DNA of 62,755 bases, filler included, from Chiloscyllium plagiosum (GCF_004010195.1; 4 parts of one record of this genome joined end to end with filler, not necessarily neighbours in it); one strand, 5' to 3'. Positions 1 to 13,249 are shown, counted from the first letter of the whole stretch. A program made the numbers and translations. The notes: generated from the sequence alone by a model not told the origin.

Positions 1-878
1 GGTTACCTCAGATTACAACAGGATCTTGACCAGATGGGCCAATGGGCTGAGAAGTGGCAGATGGAGTTTAATTCAGATAAATGCGAGGTGCTGCATTTTG
101 GGAAAACAAATCTTAGCAGGACTTATACACTTAACGGTAAGGTCATAGGGAGTGTTACTGAACAAAGAGACCTTGGAGTGCAGGTTCATAGCTCCTTGAA
201 AGTGGAGTCACAGGTAGATAGGATAGTGAAGAAGGCATTTGGTATGCTTTCTTTTATTGGTCAGAGTATTGAGTACAGGGGTTGGGAGGTCATGTTGTGG
301 CTGTACATGACACTGGTTAGGCCACTGTTGGAATATTGCGTGCAATTCTGGTCTCCTTCCTATCGGAAGGATGTTGAGAAACCTGAAAGGGTTCAGAAAA
401 GATTTACAAGGATGTTGCCAGGGTTGGAGGATCTGAGCAACAGGGAGAGGCTGAACAGGCTGGGGCTGTTTTCCCTGGAGCATTGGAGGCTGAGGGGTGA
501 CCTTATAGAGGTTTATAAAATCATTCAGGGCATGGATAGGATAAATAGACCAAGTCTTTTCCCTGGGGTGGGGGAGTGCAGAACTAGAGGGCATAGGTTC
601 AGGGTGAGAGGGGAAAGATATAAAAGAGACTTACGGGGCAATGTTTTCACACAGAGGGTGGTACGTGTATGGAATGAGCTGCCAGAGGAAGTGGTGGAGG
701 CTGGTACAATTGCAACATTTAAGAGGCATTTGGATGGGTATATGAATAGGAAGGGTTTGGAGGGGTACGGGCCGGGTGCTGGCAGGTGGGACTAGATTGG
801 GTTGGGGTATCTGGTCGGCATGGACAGGTTGGACTGAAGGGTCTGTTTCCATGCTGTACATCTCTATGACTCTATGAC
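1..878 (+). mobile_element. CR1 LINE 3' end (C-terminal ORF2 open at 34-795, 3' UTR, (CTCTATGA)n tail)
   Basis: ORF has WQMEFNSDKCEVLHFG, ERDLGV-like, LVRPLLEYCVQFWSP and RLRGDLIEVYK motifs typical of CR1 ORF2; ends in an octamer repeat. Confidence 0.95.
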
Positions 879-1364
879 CACAACAACGTTCCCTTCAAAC
901 AGGCGGCAAGTGAGGGAATTCAACCGGTTCTCAGTTTGTGTGGCCGTGCATTGAGGTTGAGTGACAGGAAATAGATCTCAATTTACAGAGGTAAACGTTG
1001 CGAGCACTGCCTGTAACTAGGCACAGGGTGTCTGTACTGGAGTCACAGACAACAAAGCACAGGCACTGAATGGAGAAGATATGGTTTTTTAAAAATCCAG
1101 TGTATTTCAGATCAAAATCCCGATGCACTCTGTGAACATCGTGGATTAAAAAGACAGAACATGCTTTTGTACCAGTCTGTTGACAATGTCAAGAGCTTTC
1201 AGAGTCCTTTAAATCCAGTGAAGCGCTTTTGTGATCTATTCACTGTGGTTTGGTGTAAACAAAGCAGCAAATTAGCACACAGCTCGGTCTCAGGAAAGTA
1301 GCATCTCGACGACAACCAGATCATTTGTGATGTTGGTTGTTGGGTTAATATTAGCCAGAACAGC

Positions 1365-1603
1365 AATACAGGATGCTGGAGAAACTCAGCAGGTCTGGCA
1401 GCTTCTATGGAGAGAGGAAAAGGAAGAGTCGACATTTTCCATTCAAAGATCCTTCAGAACAGTTCTGAAGAGGGGTCATGGTGGACGCAAAGTATTAACT
1501 CGGCCCAGCAGTCTCTCTTTGCAGACCATGCTGGCTCTGCCGAGTTCCTCCAGCTTACCCTGTGTTTTGTTTAGATTCCCAACTTCCTTGGTATTTTGCT
1601 TTT
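1365..1603. mobile_element. Old Penelope-like pLTR inverted-repeat cassette, inside a Deu-type SINE remnant (about 1195-1620, minus)
   Basis: GCTGGAGAAACTCAGCAGGTCTGGCAGC on the left pairs imperfectly with GCTGGCTCTGCCGAGTTCCTCCAGC on the right; centre TTCAGAAC-A-GTTCTGAA contains CTGAAGA. Confidence 0.6.
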
Positions 1604-2016
1604 AGCACTAGGGAGCATGCATCTTCAAAATCGGGTAAAGTGAACAATAAATTCATCTTGGGGCAGAGGGGGTAGCAGGTTAATGGCGGTTGAAAATATA
1701 GATTCAATTGAACAAGGGAAGAGATCCTTTCTAAGCTAACCTTGTGTGGCCCACCGAGAGGGTGGGTAAGTAATGAAGGGAAGACGGTACGATCCCCTCA
1801 TACAGGAGCTTGACTGTTTGGCACATCCCGTCTGGAATTGTAATAAATTGGGGAATTAATAAATTAAACTTGCCCAGAGTCAGATTGTAACAATAGGCCC
1901 AGATAGGTCCAATGCTCCCTGAAACTGAGCCACAAAAATATCCTTTACAGCAGACGTTTGGAATAGTCTTGGGTTAACATTACCGAAACTATCCTGACTG
2001 GAACCAAGTTGACCTT

Positions 2017-2150
2017 GTTGACTATGAGGTCATTGATTGGGGTTGTTAATCTGGGCCAACCAGGAAAGCTCTGGCTAACCAACATAACCAGGAGATTCAG
2101 AGGTCTCCTCAGTTTAGTGGACTGACTCTGTGCTGGCTGGTGTTACAGTG
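2017..2150 (+). mobile_element. Possible solo-LTR fragment
   Basis: Resembles, from memory only, a common shark LTR-like repeat (GGGGTTGTTAATCTGGGCCAA..CTGGCT). No termini or TSD verified. Confidence 0.25.
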
Positions 2151-2969
2151 AGTTGCTGCTTTTTTTTTGGAGGGGGAAATCCTGATTACTGAACTGGCTG
2201 AATTATTTAGCCAGTTTGTTAACTGGCATTCCTCTTGGTGAGGACTGATTGTTAAACTCCTGATGCACATAATGTTTCAGGTATAACTCAGTTCTCATTA
2301 GGGGGTTTCACTGGCTGGTTACAGCCTGTGTTACACTTTTTTTGTGAAAAGGACAATGTTAATTTTATGGTAGGGCTTAGCCCTTGGACTATAATTTTCT
2401 TTGTTTTTTGTGTGTGTTTTCACTTTTTATTGGTGTTTTGACTGAGTCCTGTGGAAGACATACATTTTACCAGAGGAGCTGTTCCTGTGGGGAGGCCTAG
2501 CCCTGGGACTGGGCCTCTGAAGATCGAACACCTGTGTGTGTGCTGGGAGGTGAGCAGTTGTATCCTGGAGTTTGGGTGAAGACCTTTCCTTCAGGAGTGG
2601 ACTAAACCCCTGTGAGTTAACTGCACCTGTACTATGTTCCTGTGAGTGGGCCTGGCTCTCCAAGGCTGGGCCAGGACTCCATGGAGAGTGAACACCTGTG
2701 GGGTGTGCATTTGCTGCCTTCAGGAGTGGACTCTGCCCTTGGTTGTGGACTGTTTTTAACAATGGACTCTGCAGTTTGGAGTGGACTCTAATTCTGACAT
2801 TGCACATTGTATACTGGAGTGGACTCCTCCTGGAAATGGATTCCATATCTTGAAGACTGTATAGATTTGTACTGTGTACCAGAAAGGACTTTTTTTTTAG
2901 TAACTAACTGTATTGTGGTGTTTCCTGGGTCTATCACCTGCACTGTCTTGTGTGTCCCTGGGTCTAGCA

Positions 2970-3690
2970 GGCCTTGCTGTGAGCTGGGAGGCTCATGCGT
3001 CGTCCTGAAAGCTGTCACCCCGAGAGCCGGAGGATGGGTAGGCCATCCTGTGGACCTGAAGGTTGGTAGGCTGTCCTGAAAGCCAGAGTGTGGGTAGGCC
3101 ACCCTGATGCCAGTCACCCTGAGAGCCAGATGGTGGGTAGGCTGTTCTGAGCGCTGTCGTCCCGATAAGGGGTAATCTGGACAGGCTGTCCTAGAGATGG
3201 TCGAAAGGTGTCAGCAGCTGAGAGCCAGAAGGTGCGTAGGGGTGGGCTGAGATCCGGAAGGCTTGTGGGCTACCCTGAACAGTTTTGTCCCAGGCAAGGG
3301 GACGGGCTGTCCTAGAGGTGGCCGGAAGGTGTGCCAGGATAGCCCACTGGTCGGATGGTGCATCGGGGTAGGTGAGAGCCCAGTATTACGTAGGGGCAGA
3401 CTGAGAGCCAGAAGGTGGGTAGCTGTCCTCAGCGCTGTCACCCCAGGCAGGTACCGGGGCGGGCTGCCCCAGAGGTGGTCGAAAGGTGCTGAGGGTGGTT
3501 AGTGAGGCCGGAAGGTGGGTAGGCCGTCCTGACTGCTGTCACCCCGGGTGGCTACCAGGGCAGGCTGTCCTAGAGGTGGTTGAAAGGTGTCAGGGCAGAC
3601 TAAGAACTGGAAGGGGCATGGGGTGGATCAAGAGCTGGAAGGTGGGTAGGGGTGGGCTGCCTTAGAGTGGCTGGAAGGTGGGAGGGACGG
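2970..3690. repeat. Degenerate G-rich tandem array
   Basis: Recurrent modules GCTGTCACCCC, GAGCCAGAAGGTGGGTAGG and GCTGTCCTAGAGGTGG..GAAAGGTGTCAG. Confidence 0.65.
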
Positions 3691-3899
3691 AGGCTTGCTG
3701 GATCTGTATTGTCCACACTTTTTTAATGTAACTGGATTGTCTTATGTATAAAGGTCATTGTTGCTGTCTTTTTATATTTGAAACTGGGATTTGTGGTTTG
3801 TTCTCAATTATCTGTAAACTGGTTGAACTGGGGCCTGGCTTTGCTGCTTCTCTCCTTTGTAAAATTGCTGTTGTATACCGCTGTAAATGTTAACTGTTT

Positions 3900-4110
3900 T
3901 CTGTCTGTGGGTAGGTTGGGGACTGAGCCCAACACTGCCAGGCTGTCTGTAGGTAGGTTGGGGACTGAGTCCCACACTCTGTGCAAGGATGTCTGTGGTT
4001 ATTGGGGAAAGTGCCCCACATGCTCTATCAGGTTGACTATGTGTATTGGGGACAGCCTCACCCTCTCTACCAGGCTGTCTGTGGGTATTGGGGACAGAGC
4101 CCCACACTGT
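3900..4110. repeat. About 40-bp tandem repeat (CTGTCTGTGGGTA..TTGGGGACAGAGCCCCACACT), about 5 copies
   Basis: Direct repeats visible in the sequence. Confidence 0.75.
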
Positions 4111-4249
4111 ACCGCCCTGTCATTGCTCTTTTCAAGAAGAGGTGAGCCTTGGAGGATCTGCTCTTGGACGAGATGTTTACTGATGTTTGTACCCAGTCAG
4201 GGCTGATGCTTTTTGTCCTCTGTCAAAACTGTCATTACCTTTTGCTGAG

Positions 4250-4550
4250 CTGAGGGAGTATGCCACAGTCTGAGCAGCTGGCTTTTGAACACTGCTAAAC
4301 CAAGGCCCTGCCTACACACTCAGATAAATGTTAATCCTATTCCCAGTCTTTCAAGGGAATCAGAGCTGATCTCGTTGAGGCCCAGGACCCAAACAACAAT
4401 TAGCCTGTTTTACCACATTGCTGTGTGTGGGAGCGTGCTGTATGCACACTGGCTCTCATTTTCGAAGTGAGCCCACTTTAAGAGCCCTTCATTGGCTCTG
4501 CAGCACTTTGAGCTGATTGGGATTCAGGGAAGATGCAATATAAATACAAA
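4250..4550 (+). mobile_element. Deu-domain SINE remnant (SacSINE1/AmnSINE-like)
   Basis: TGAGGGAGT.TGC, TAAACCAAGGCCC and CACATTGCTGTGTGTGGGAGC blocks. Similar remnants lie at about 50550-50830 (+) and 52760-52960 (-). Confidence 0.5.
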
Positions 4551-4829
4551 TCTTTGTCCATTATCCCTGGAATTCCCTCCCTAACAGCAATTGAGGAAGG
4601 CAGCTCCCCACCATCTTCTGAAAGGCAGCTAGGAGTGGTCAGTCATTGAATTGAATTAGCTTTATTGCCACATGTACTCAAATGAGTACAGTGGAAAGTT
4701 TGTAAGTTGCCACTTACAACACCATCTTTGCTACAAGGTGTCTAGGTACAGAATCTTCCGGACAAGTTCTTTGGTGATTTCCTCACATTCCAGGAGCAGC
4801 AATTACTGCCTTATATGCTGTTGCATTGT

Positions 4830-7800
4830 TTTGGAACTTTGGAAAAAAAGTCAAACTATTAGCACTTTTAAAAGGGAGAATAAAGATAAAGGCCGCAAGC
4901 ACGTGGTCTGTAAGGGAGAGAGAGAAAGAAACGCACACTGCTAACTGACACAGCAGTGAATCTGTGCAGTTACTGCCTTTGCTGTTTGAATTCATGTATC
5001 GCTGGACATTGGAGTGTGTCTAGGAAAGTTTAAAGTGACATTCACAACTGATCTGGAGGGAGAGGTCATAGCAGAAACAGATACTTAAATAGTTTTAAGT
5101 ATAGCCTTGCCATAAATCTACAATAGTGAGTTCTTTCTTGATCATATGTTTTCATTGGGATTTGCCTCTTGATTAAACTGAAAAATATAAGCCATAAATA
5201 TGAAGTTAGCCTGGGGCAGTGTTTTGTAGAGCAATAAGACAGTGCTATTTTCTGGATCTGTAGATTGGAAGGAGCAAAATGGTCTTTATTAGAGTGACAT
5301 GCTCTTCTTATTGTATGTGGGAGTTTTGGGAGAGTTTAAGGGTTACTGAGAATTATATCTGCAGTAAATGTTGTTGGTTGCAAATCCTGTCAGATCGAAT
5401 GGATTGCTTGAAGCGACCATTAGAGGCAATGAGGAATTTATAAGAGCCAGGGAGTGTGATGGATGGCAGTTATAGGAAGGGGGAAAAGCGCAGGTACAGT
5501 CACATAGATGGGTTAACTCCAAGAAAGGTAGAAGATGTAGGTGGGTAGTACAGGAGTCTTCTGTGGCTATCCCCATTTCAAACAAATATGCTGTTTTGGA
5601 AAATGTAGGGGGTGATGGACTTTTGAGGAATGTAGTATGAACAGCCAAGTTTCTGGTATCAAGACTGGCTCTCATGTAATGAGGGGTAAATTGGGTTTCA
5701 AGCAATCTGTTAGGGGACTCTCTCGCCAAGGGCACAGATAGATGTTTCTGCAGCCAGCAGCGAAAAAAATCAATGGTGTTCCCTCCCTAGTGCCAGGATC
5801 AAGGATACCTTGGAGAAAGTGCAGAATGTTCTCAAAGGAGAGAGGGACCAGCAGGGGCTCATTGTACAAATTTGTACCAACGACATAGGAAGGGAAATGG
5901 GTGAGGTTCTGAAGGGGGAATATAGAAAGTTAGGCAGGAATTTAAAAAAGGAGATACTCAGGGTAGTAATAGCTGGATTACTCCCGGTGCTATGCTTTAG
6001 TGGAGGGTAGGAATAGGAAGATAGAGCAGATGAATATGTGGCTGAAGAACTGGTGTATGGGAGATGAATTCACATTTTTGGATCATTGGAATGTCTTCTG
6101 GGGTAGAAGTGACCTGTACAAGAAGGATAGATTGTGCCTGAATTGGAAGGGGGCTAATATACTGGAGAGATTTGCTAGAGCTGCTTGGGAGGAGTTAAAC
6201 TAGTAAAGGGCAGAGGGGTGGGACCCAGGGAGATACTGAGGAAAGAAATCAAACTGAGACTGGTACAGTTGAGAAAATTAGTGACTGAAATAGTCAGAGC
6301 AGGCAGGAACAAAACAGAGAACAAGGTAGGACTGATAAATTAAACTGCATTTATTTCAATGCAAGGGGCTTAACAAGTGAAGACTTGGGGCACGGTTAGG
6401 AACATGGGATTGGGAGATCATAACAATTACAGAAATGTGGCTCAGGGATGGACAGGACTGGCTGCTTAATGTTCCAGGATACAAATGCTATAGGGAGGAT
6501 AGAAAGGGAAGCAAGAGAGTAGGGGGAGTGACATTTTCGATAAGAGATAGCATTACAGAAGTATTGAGGGAGGATATTCCTGGAAATGTATCCAGGGAAG
6601 TTATTTGGGTGGAACTGAGAAATAAGAAAGGGATGATCATCTTATTGGGGTTGCATTATAGACCCCTTAACAGTCAGCCAGAAATTGAGAAATAATTTTT
6701 TAAGGAGATCTCTTTTTATCTGTAAGAATAATAGGGTGGTTATGGTAGGGGATGTTAACTTTCTAAACATCGACTGGGACTGCCCATAGTGTTAAAGGTT
6801 TAGATGGAGAGGAATTTCTTAAGTGTGTACAAGACAATTTTCTGATTCAGTATGTGGATGTACCTACTCTTGGGAAATAAGGCAGGGCAGGTGACTGAGG
6901 AGTCAGTGGGGGAGCATTTTGGGGCCAGTGACCATAATTCTATTAATTTTAAAATAATGATGGAAAAGGATAGACCAGATCTAACTGTTGAAGTTTTAAA
7001 TTGGAGGAAGGATAATTTCGAAAGCTGATTGGAGGCAGATGTTCGCACGTAAAGGGACGGCTGGAAAATGTGAAGCCTCTGAAATGAGATCGAGAATCCA
7101 GAGAAAGTACATTCCTGTCAGAGTGAAAGGGAAGGCTGTAGGTATAGGGAATGCTGGATGACTAAAGAAATTGAGGGTTTTTTTAAGAAAGAAGGAAGCA
7201 TATGTTAGGAAAAGACAGGATAGATCGAGTGAATTCTTAGAGTATAAAGGCAGTAGGAGGATACCTAAGAGGGAAATCAGGAGGGCAAAACGGGGACATG
7301 AGATAGCTTTGGCAAATAGAATTAAGGAGAATCCAAAGGGTTTTTACAAATACATTAAGGTCAAAAGGGTAACTAGAGAGAGAATAGGGCCCCTCAAAGA
7401 TCAGCAAAGCGACCTTTGTATGGAGCTGCATGAGATGGGGGAGATTTTAACAAATATTTTGCATCAGTATTTACTATGGAAAAGGACATAGAAGATAGAC
7501 TGCAGGGAAATAGATGGTGACATATTGAAAAATGTCCATATTACAGAGGAGGAAGTGCTGGATGTCTCGAGATATTTTTACCATCGATAGTCACAAGGGA
7601 GGTGCCAGAAGACTGGAGGTTGGCTAACATGGTACCATTGTTTAAGGAAGATGGCAAGGACAAGCCAGGGAACTATAGACCAATGAACCTGATGTTGGTG
7701 GTGTGCAAGTTGTTGGAAGGAATCCTAAGGGACACAATTTGCATGTATTTGGAAAGGCAAGGACTGATTAGGGATAGTCAACATGGTTTTGTGTGTGGGA

Positions 7801-9128
7801 AATCATGTCTCATAAAAAGAGGATTGAGGGCAGAGCAGTAGATGTGATCTATATGGACTTCAGTAAGGTGTTTGACAAGGTTCCCCATGGGAGACTGGTG
7901 AACAAGGTTGAGATCTCATGGAATACAGGAAGAACTAGCCATTTGGATACAGAACTGGCTCAAGGGTAGAAGACAGAGGGTGGTGGAGGAGGGTTGTTTT
8001 TCAGACTGCAGCCTGTGACCAGTGGAGTGCCACAAGGATCGGTGCTGGGCCCTCTACTTTTTGTCATTTATTTAAATGATTTGGATGTGAACATAGGAGA
8101 TATAGTTAGAAAGTTTGCAGATAACAACACCAAAATTGGAGGTGTAGTGGACAGCGAAGAAGGCTACCTCCGATTACAACAGGATCTTGACCAGATGGGC
8201 CAATGGGCTGAGAGGTGGCAGATGGAGTTTAATTCGGATAAACGCGAGGTGCTGCATTTTGGGAAAGCAAATCTTAGCAGGACTTATACACTTAATGGTA
8301 AGGTCCTAGGGAGTGTAGCTAAATAAAGAGACCTTGGAGTGCAACTTCATGGCTCCTTGAAAGTGGAGTCGCAGGTAGATAGGATAGTGAAGAAGGTGTT
8401 TGGTATGCTTTCCTTTATTGGTCAGAGTATTGAGTACAGTCGGGAAGTCATGTTGCAGCTGTACAGGACATTGGTTAGGCTACTGTTGGAATATTGCATT
8501 TAATTCCAGTCTTCTTCCTATCAGATGAATCTTGTGAAACTTGAAAGGGTTCAGAAAAGATTTACAAGAATGTTGCCAGGGTTGGAGGATTTGAGCTACA
8601 GGGAGAGGCTGAACAGGCTGGGGCTAAGGGGTGACCTTATTGAGGTTTTTAAAATCATTCAGGGCATGGATAGGATAAATAGACCAAATCTTTTCCCTGG
8701 GATGGGGGGAGTCCAGAACTAGAGGGTATAGGTTTAGGGTAAGAGGGGAAAGATATAAAAGAAACCTAAGGGGCAACTTATACCACCCTCTGTGTGAAAA
8801 TGTTTGGGATGTGCTGCCAGCGGAAGTGGTGGAGGCTGGTACAATTACAACATTTAAAAGGCATCTGCATGGGTATATGACTAGGAAGGGTTTGGAGGGA
8901 TATGGGCCGGGTGCTGGCAGGTGGGACTAGATTAGGTTGGGATATCTGGTTGGTACGGAGGCTTCCTGCCTCTATTCCTGAGGAAGGGCTTTTGCCTGAA
9001 ACATCGCTTTTCCTGCTGCTTTGATGCTGCCTGACCTGCTGTGCTTTTCCAGTACCACTCTGATTGCAACCCCTCTCTGGTCGGCATAACGAATTGGACC
9101 GAAGGGTCTGTTTCCATTCTGTATGTCT
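4830..9128 (+). mobile_element. Near full-length decayed CR1 LINE (ORF1 zinc-finger/esterase about 5280-6203; ORF2 endonuclease-RT about 6340-8930)
   Basis: Frameshifted fragments CTNDIGR, FLDHWNVFWGRSDLYKKDRL, NPKGFYKYI, PEDWRLAN..PGNYRP, VTSGVPQGSVLGPLLF and KFAD. The 3' part is closely similar to 1-878. The 5' boundary is approximate. Confidence 0.92.
8958..9062 (+). mobile_element. Penelope-like pLTR fragment with hammerhead motif (8978-9005), inserted in the CR1 3' UTR
   Basis: CTGAGGA-AGGGC-TTTT-GCCT-GAAA-CATC followed by GATGCTGCCTGACCTGCTGTGCTTTTCCAG. Confidence 0.75.
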
Positions 9129-9145
9129 CTCTTTTCTTTTTTTTT

Positions 9146-9402
9146 GATTACTTAGTGTGGAAGCAGGCCTTTCAGCCCAGCAAATCCACACCAAAGCACA
9201 ACCCATTCCCCTACATTTACCCCTTCACCTAATACTACAGCCAATTTAGCATGGCCAATTCACCTGACCTGCACATTTTTGGACTGTGGGAGGAAACCCC
9301 TGCAGATACAGGGAGAATGTGCAAACTCCAGTTGCCTGAGGTGGGAATTGAACCCAGGTCTCTGGCTCTGTGAGGCAGCAGTGCTAACCACTGCCACCGT
9401 GC
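9146..9402 (-). mobile_element. HE1-type V-SINE
   Basis: Reverse complement has tRNA-like head GGTGGCAGTGGTTAGCACTGCTGCCTCACAG, V core GGAGTTTGCACATTCTCCC and a CR1-like tail. Confidence 0.9.
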
Positions 9403-10189
9403 TACATATAAAATGACGCTATAAAATTTGGAAAATAAAGAAATAAGAAATCCAGCCTTACAGATTGTAGGAATAAATTAGAAAATATTTCAGGCATTGA
9501 CCCCCAATTGTGGCATTAGCTGAAATAATGAAGGCCTTATCTAGTGCAATCATGGGCTGTGAGCTACCTGTTGGGAATTCTTTGCCAAGAACCAGAGTAT
9601 TCTGACCGTACCCTGTCTCTCTCTCTCTCTCTCTCTCAACCTGTTCACCAAGAAACAGCTGGCAGCAATGTCTCAGCAAGCGCTTGGACAGAAATCCCTT
9701 CTGTGTTCAAGCCTCTGCTTGTCTCAAACCTCCCTACCTTTGGAACCTCCTCCAGCTCCACCCAGCATCCAAGATCTCGGAATCTGGCTGGATTGTAATT
9801 GTTCTGCCATTGGCTGCTGTGCCAAAGCTCTGGAATTCCTTCTCTAAAGCCCCCATCCACCTCTCTCTGCATCAGGATGTCTCTCTTCCCAGGTCTTATT
9901 GACTGAGAAGAGGAGAAATCTCTTTACGCAGCAGGTCATTGTAGCTCCCTCTCTGCCTTACACCCTTGAGCCAAGTGCTCTGTGGTGCAATGTTAGTGTC
10001 CTTCAAGGCTGAAGTCTCACCTGCCTGAGCTGCGTAATAACACCCCTCAACACCTCCATCACAAAATATCTCAAACCTAATCCACTTTTTGATCATTTGA
10101 CCTAATATTTACACATAAGACCACAAGACATGGGAGCCGAATATTGCCACTCGCTCCATCGAGGCTGTTTCTGCTATTTAATAAAGTCT

Positions 10190-10278
10190 GAGAGTGCGAA
10201 CTGCAGATGTTGGAGATTACAGTCGAAGAGTGTGGTGCTGGGAAAGCCCAGCTGGTCAGGCAGCATCCGAGGAGCCTT
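10190..10278 (-). mobile_element. Penelope-like pLTR fragment with 15-bp TSD
   Basis: CTGCAGATGTTGGAG..GGTCAGGCAGCATCCGAGG, flanked by TATTTAATAAAGTCT (10175-10189) and TATTCAATAAGGTCT (10279-10293). Confidence 0.7.
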
Positions 10279-11847
10279 TATTCAATAAGGTCTTCTACCT
10301 CCGCCCCTGCCACAGGCCTGATCCCCACCTTCCTGAGTTTTCAGAGATTTATCCATTCCCAACTTAACTGGCCTCAGTGACTAAGCTTGGGCAGTGACCA
10401 GATCAGAGAATCCGAAGGAATCAGTGAGTGTAGTTAGTCCATGCTCACCTCAGTCACCAGGAATAAATAGTGGGAAGAGAGGTGACTGGTCAAGTGCAAT
10501 GTTTTAACCATTACAGCATAGTCAGTGTTACACAGGCAGTGACTGCTCTCATTTCCTTCAGCTCTTGCCTCATTCTCCTCTTTCAACACTAGCTGCCTCA
10601 GCTTGGCTGTTAGAAGGCATTCTGTGTGAGAGGGGAGCGCTATTTAACTTCAATGCCAACGTCAGGCCTGACCACTTCCTCTGCTACATCCGCTCAGTGA
10701 AAGGCTTGCTTCACGTTCACCTCATTATTGAACACTGCCGGGTTTCTCTTACTCCCACCTGGCGCTCTGAATCCCTGGGTGCAGACACATACAGACCAGA
10801 GCACTGCTCAGTTACCATATAAAATGCCAACTTAAACACTGAGCACAGCATCAACCTCTCTCTCTCTCTCTCACTCTGTCCACCTCATGCCTCCTCTCAC
10901 CACCACCCCCCCCTTCTTGGGCCTTCCACACCGAGACCTCCTTTTTCCCTCAACCACTAACCCACGCTCACAGCTTCTGCATATCTCCCTCCCCTCCACC
11001 TCTCTCCCATGCCCCTCCCTGTCTCTGCCCCTCTCCTGTCAACTTGCTGCTGTCCTCTCCAATCACCTGCTATCTCTCTCCCTCCTTTTGTTTTTCTTCC
11101 TTAGCTCTGTTCACCCCCTCTTCCACACCTCCTTCCCCCTTTTCCGCTCACACACGTCTCCCTTTCCTGAACACAATCCACTCCACCTCAAGAGGCGAGT
11201 CTGCCATCTGGCTCCAGCACATTGCCGAGAATTCCATTCCCAACAGGACACTCTTCCAGATTCTTATTCCAGCCTAGTTTTGTACTTTTATACTCCTCCC
11301 TGTTGACCTAGTTGAATATGAACAACCACCAATAATCATGGAAGGAAACTACCCTGAATTCTGACAGGAGCTAAACACCTTACATTGCTACAGCAGTCTT
11401 AAGAACACATGCACCTTCCTGAAACACTCCCAAAATCAGACACAGCACCCAGGGACAGTGATGGGAATATGAGTGGGCTCAGCACCAAGAGATACCTACG
11501 TCTTATGACAGATTAAAACAGCGGCCATTGCAGCCTGCTAACCTTGACAGAGGTTACAGAGAGCTCGGACATTAACACTTCATTGTTCATCGTGTGAATA
11601 CTCAGCCTGCTATTTGAGAGTAGGTGTTAACCCACCTCAAATCACAGAATGAGTTAAATAGAACCTTGCGATCAAAGAAAACCTTTCCAAAATAACATCA
11701 CTTCACCAGTCACACAAACCACATTCACAACCTAGTAGGTTGCAGGCCGGATTGGCAGATTGCACTGAAATTCAGGGACTAAAGTCAGAGATTCAGGTCT
11801 CAGCCCCAAAGGTTGAAGTCAATAGTCCAGATGGATTGACTAACTGG

Positions 11848-12290
11848 CAGGACTGAGGGAGTGCCGCACTGTCGGAGGGTCAGTACTGAGGGAGTGCTGC
11901 ACTGTCAGAGTAAGAATTGAGTGAACGCCTCATTGTTGGCGAGTCAAAACTGAATGAACACCTCATTGCCACAGGTCAGGACTCAGGGAATATGCTGCTC
12001 TGTCTGAGGGTCAGGACTGAGACAGTGCCTCGTTGTAATGGGGTTAGATTTGAGAGGGTGCAGATTAGAGGGTTAGTGCTAAAGGAGTGCTGTACTGTCA
12101 GTGGATCAGTACTGAGGGAATGCATCAGTATTAGAAGGTCAGTACTGATGGAGTGCTATAAGTTTGGAGGGTCAGTGCAGAGGCATAGCCTCATTGTAAG
12201 AGGAACAGAATTAGGGAAATCCTCCTTGTCAGAAGGTCACTACTGAAGGAGTGCACTGTTGGAGTGTAAATACTGAGGGTGTGCAGCAGG
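11848..12290 (+). repeat. 33-bp minisatellite (CAGTACTGAGGGAGTGCTGCACTGTCGGAGGGT), about 13 degenerate copies
   Basis: Units start at 11848 and 11881 and continue with decay. Confidence 0.8.
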
Positions 12291-13249
12291 GTGAGTTTAT
12301 TGTCAGATGGAAGTTGGAAGCTTCTGTAACGTTTGGAGTTTTGGGCTAATTGTTGATTCTGTCATCCATGAGAACGTTGGCTATTCGTTTCTTTGACTGT
12401 TGTTATTTTGTTATAACGACTGAATAAAGTGAAATAATTGTTGCACTTCCAGTAACTGCTGAGTGATTTTCACTGTGCAGCTCTCTGGATTTCCTGTGAT
12501 TGTACATAGCTGTGTATTCATGGTGCTCTCTATTCTTTCTCAGAGAGGTTGGTTTGTCCTGGAGCTATCTACCATCCTCACTCTGACAGTCAGAGCTCTT
12601 TCTCAAAGAGAGCATGTGCCCATAGGCTTGTGGTCTGTTTATTGTGATGGTTTGCATTTGACAGCAATGTAATATTAGATAGCAGCCTCACTTCAGTCAG
12701 CATGCTGGCTGTAATATATCTTATGAATGACCTTAATGTTGGCAGCAGCTCTGATTTGCAGCGTTGTGATGTAAACAGCACTCTGGGCCAGATCCCTTTT
12801 CCAATTCCAGTTTAATTTCCCTCAAGGTAGTTCATCCGCGCTATCATTTTAATCGGTGACCCGAGCCACCCTGCTGTGGATCCTGAGGTGCGTTAATCCA
12901 CAAGGGGATCCAACGTTGGCAATGGAGAAAGAAGATCCATTTTTAGACGCTAAATATTTGAAAGAGGATTAAGCTAAACTGAGGAAAGGTAATAAGACTC
13001 TGCTATTCATTTTAAAAATAACACAGCCTGGGCAAGCGCTTATTGCTGGTCCTTAGTTGCCCTTGAGAAGGTGGCGATGAGCTGCCTTCCTGAAACACTA
13101 TCATCGGTGTGCTGTGGGTTGACCCACAATGCCATTAGGGAAGCAATTCCAGGCTTTGGACCCAGCGACAGTGAAGGAACAGCAGGTCAGGGTGGTGAGT
13201 GACTTGGAGGGGAATGTACACCTCCAATGTAGTGACAGCAGTCCTTATG

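Noticed and set aside
34..795. 253-aa ORF as a host gene
   Set aside because: It is the C-terminal part of CR1 ORF2.
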